Source: Oculatellaceae cyanobacterium bins.114
GTDB taxonomy: Bacteria > Cyanobacteriota > Cyanobacteriia > Elainellales > Elainellaceae
DNA length: 18,790 nucleotides
Direction: 5' to 3'
NCBI GenBank assembly: GCA_033764315.1
Contig: JANRJA010000176.1
Location: 1 to 18,790, forward strand
How positions within the stretch are numbered: position 1 is the stretch's first letter; each line of letters opens with the position of its first letter. The notes beneath the pieces are model-generated. The model did no database searches. It was not told where the DNA came from and saw only the letters and a list, made by a program, of their open reading frames with translations. Both the position numbers and the translations under genes were made by a program. This document shows positions 16,989 through 18,790 of this stretch, piece after piece.

Positions 16989-17159
16989 TTCTTTAAAGGA
17001 TAGTCCTCTAAAAGTAATGATTTTTGAGTAAGGATATGCCGCGCGGAGCGCGGCATATCCTTACTTGTTTAGGACTACTTTTAAAGAATTACAGCCTTTA
17101 ATAGGCAGAAAAAGAATTTATATCAGTAGTCGATAAGGCTCTAAAAGTAATGATTTTTG
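16989..17159. repeat. Nested palindromic element: 18-bp perfect hairpin, outer inverted repeats and a 21-bp direct repeat
   Basis: AGTAAGGATATGCCGCGC-GGA-GCGCGGCATATCCTTACT (17027-17065); outer TTCTTTAAAGGATAGTCCT (16989-17007) / AGGACTACTTTTAAAGAA (17071-17088); CTCTAAAAGTAATGATTTTTG at 17006-17026 and 17139-17159. Confidence 0.8.
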
Positions 17160-17632
17160 GATCAGGATGTAAGTAGGTGGGTGTAATGAACTGTAAGATG
17201 CGTTTCGCCTGATCCCATGCCACCGTCCCAATACTTCTAATCTCTTTGGCAGTAGGTTGAGCGGAGCCGAACCCCAAATTCTGAATTGAGCTAATATTCA
17301 TTTTTTGCCAAAAGCAAGCTCCTAGAAAATGTAACTGATTACACTCACTCCCATTTTACTTCCATGTTAGTTTATCTATGTATTCATAAACTACTGTAAA
17401 TCGATCAAATTAAAGTAGTTTATGGTTATAAGCCTTTTAAGCATTTAAATAGCAAGAAGAAGCCGTGGTTCAATCGCCTTCAGTTAGGCTCACATTGAGC
17501 TGTCAATCATAATTTCAAGATGAATGAAACAAACATCTTTGGCGAAGCCTGAATGCTGACCTTCTAAGAGTTGTAAAAATCGATAAATCCGTAACAAATT
17601 TCGTCGTTTTAAGAGATTGACTAGTAGAGAAT

Positions 17633-18790
17633 ATGACCATTTCGACAAAGCAGAACCTGTCTAGAAAACGTAAGTTTCGATCGAGATTTAATGATCAAAA
17701 CTGGGATGAAGTACTGAAATTTATTCAGAGCCATTTGCAAGCCAATGAAAAACTCTTGTTACCAGATGAGTTCTGTGATGCCCTTTTCAAGGATACCTAC
17801 TCGGTCTATTCCTATGCGCAATTTCTAGAAGAGGATCAATTTAACTGGATACTTCTACACAAAGGAAGGCTAGAGAGTTTACCATTGGATTTTTTGGAGA
17901 AAATCTGGTTTTCCAGTGTTCCAGTTTTTGCTAATTCTGTATTTGTGCTTTTTTCACAATCTAAACAGAATTCCGTAGTCAATTATCACTCTAATCATTT
18001 GCGATCGCTCTGGTTTTTGCTGCTCAAACGTAAACAAAACCAGGTACTAAACCATTTTCAAGATAAGGTTACGTCGTTCAAGCGCAAAATATTGACTGAG
18101 CCATCATTCTCTTTTTTGGGCGATCGCTCAAACTCACAACCGCGTCCTATTCTAGGTCAACACCAATCTACAATTCCTCTCACATGGGCTGCAACTTCTA
18201 GAGAGCAACCATTTGCAAATCTAGGAGATGCATTAAGCCCAATCATGGTAGCCGCTCTCTCAGGATTACCTGTTACGCATCACAGCTTTAGCTCTTGGCG
18301 TACTCGATTGGCCTGCGTAGGAACCATCGCCCACGGGCTTAAATGTGGCACTGTTCATCTATGGGGAACTGGCATCGATCATCGCAAACATCCTATCAAT
18401 CCCTATTTCAATTTCTACGAAAAACCTCTAAATACCAAGTTTCATATTCATGCATTACGAGGCCCATTTAGTGCTCAGACTTTTAGGAAACAAGGTGTTC
18501 ATGTTCCTAATGTTTATGGCGACCCAATTTGGTTCTTACCAACTATTATTGAACCCACAGAAAAGCAATATGATTTAGGTGTTATTGTGCATTTATCAGA
18601 ATTAGAAAATTTATCTGACACCTCAATTGTGAAGAAAACTATTCTGAGATACAAAATTCCTGAATCTTTAGCATCAAAAATTAAAATCATTACAACAATG
18701 ACTCAACCAACCTTTGCAGCTTTGGAAGCAAAGGTTCAAGAAATTACGGCTTGTAAGCGCATTGCCAGTACTAGCTTGCATGGACTTGTC
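17633..18790 (+). CDS. Polysaccharide pyruvyl transferase family protein (ExoV-like) with an extra N-terminal domain; 3' end outside the window
   Basis: Hand translation from ATG 17633 is open to the window end (386 codons): MTISTKQNLSRKRKF...; motifs ANLGDALSP, CVGTI, LWGTG, HALRGP, YGDP, LGVIVH, STSLHGLV. Not in the ORF track because it lacks a stop. Confidence 0.88.
   Translation, partial: MTISTKQNLSRKRKFRSRFNDQNWDEVLKFIQSHLQANEKLLLPDEFCDALFKDTYSVYSYAQFLEEDQFNWILLHKGRLESLPLDFLEKIWFSSVPVFANSVFVLFSQSKQNSVVNYHSNHLRSLWFLLLKRKQNQVLNHFQDKVTSFKRKILTEPSFSFLGDRSNSQPRPILGQHQSTIPLTWAATSREQPFANLGDALSPIMVAALSGLPVTHHSFSSWRTRLACVGTIAHGLKCGTVHLWGTGIDHRKHPINPYFNFYEKPLNTKFHIHALRGPFSAQTFRKQGVHVPNVYGDPIWFLPTIIEPTEKQYDLGVIVHLSELENLSDTSIVKKTILRYKIPESLASKIKIITTMTQPTFAALEAKVQEITACKRIASTSLHGLV

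Noticed and set aside
17006-17159. CRISPR array suggested by the 21-bp direct repeat
   Set aside because: Only two copies, a 112-bp intervening segment containing a hairpin, and no cas genes.
17098-17301. 67-aa ORF
   Set aside because: Built from repeat-like sequence; no coding signature.

Overview
Chromosomal segment of a cyanobacterium, probably filamentous (roughly 25 HIP1 GCGATCGC octamers by eye, plus heptamer repeats and cyanobacterial small dispersed repeats). The left ~2.8 kb is an accessory patch. It holds the 3' end of an IS5-family transposase with its terminal repeat, a LuxR-type regulator split by a frameshift at a T7 run, and a ~157-bp MITE-like element. It also holds an apparently complete integron gene cassette (GIY-YIG/T5orf172 nuclease plus an 87-bp attC) beside an attI-like repeat region, with no integrase gene next to it. 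Next come a HAD hydrolase, a repeat-containing peptidase M15A with a substituted Zn ligand, a membrane-anchored hypothetical protein, two PPC-domain proteins (SBBP propeller; CAP), and a co-oriented TIR-TM-TPR plus TM-NACHT pair. The right end has gap (GAPDH), a two-domain queD/PTPS, three small hypotheticals, a palindrome/direct-repeat-rich intergenic region, and a polysaccharide pyruvyl transferase running off the window (missing from the ORF track). All family calls are from motif recognition by eye; no searches were run.
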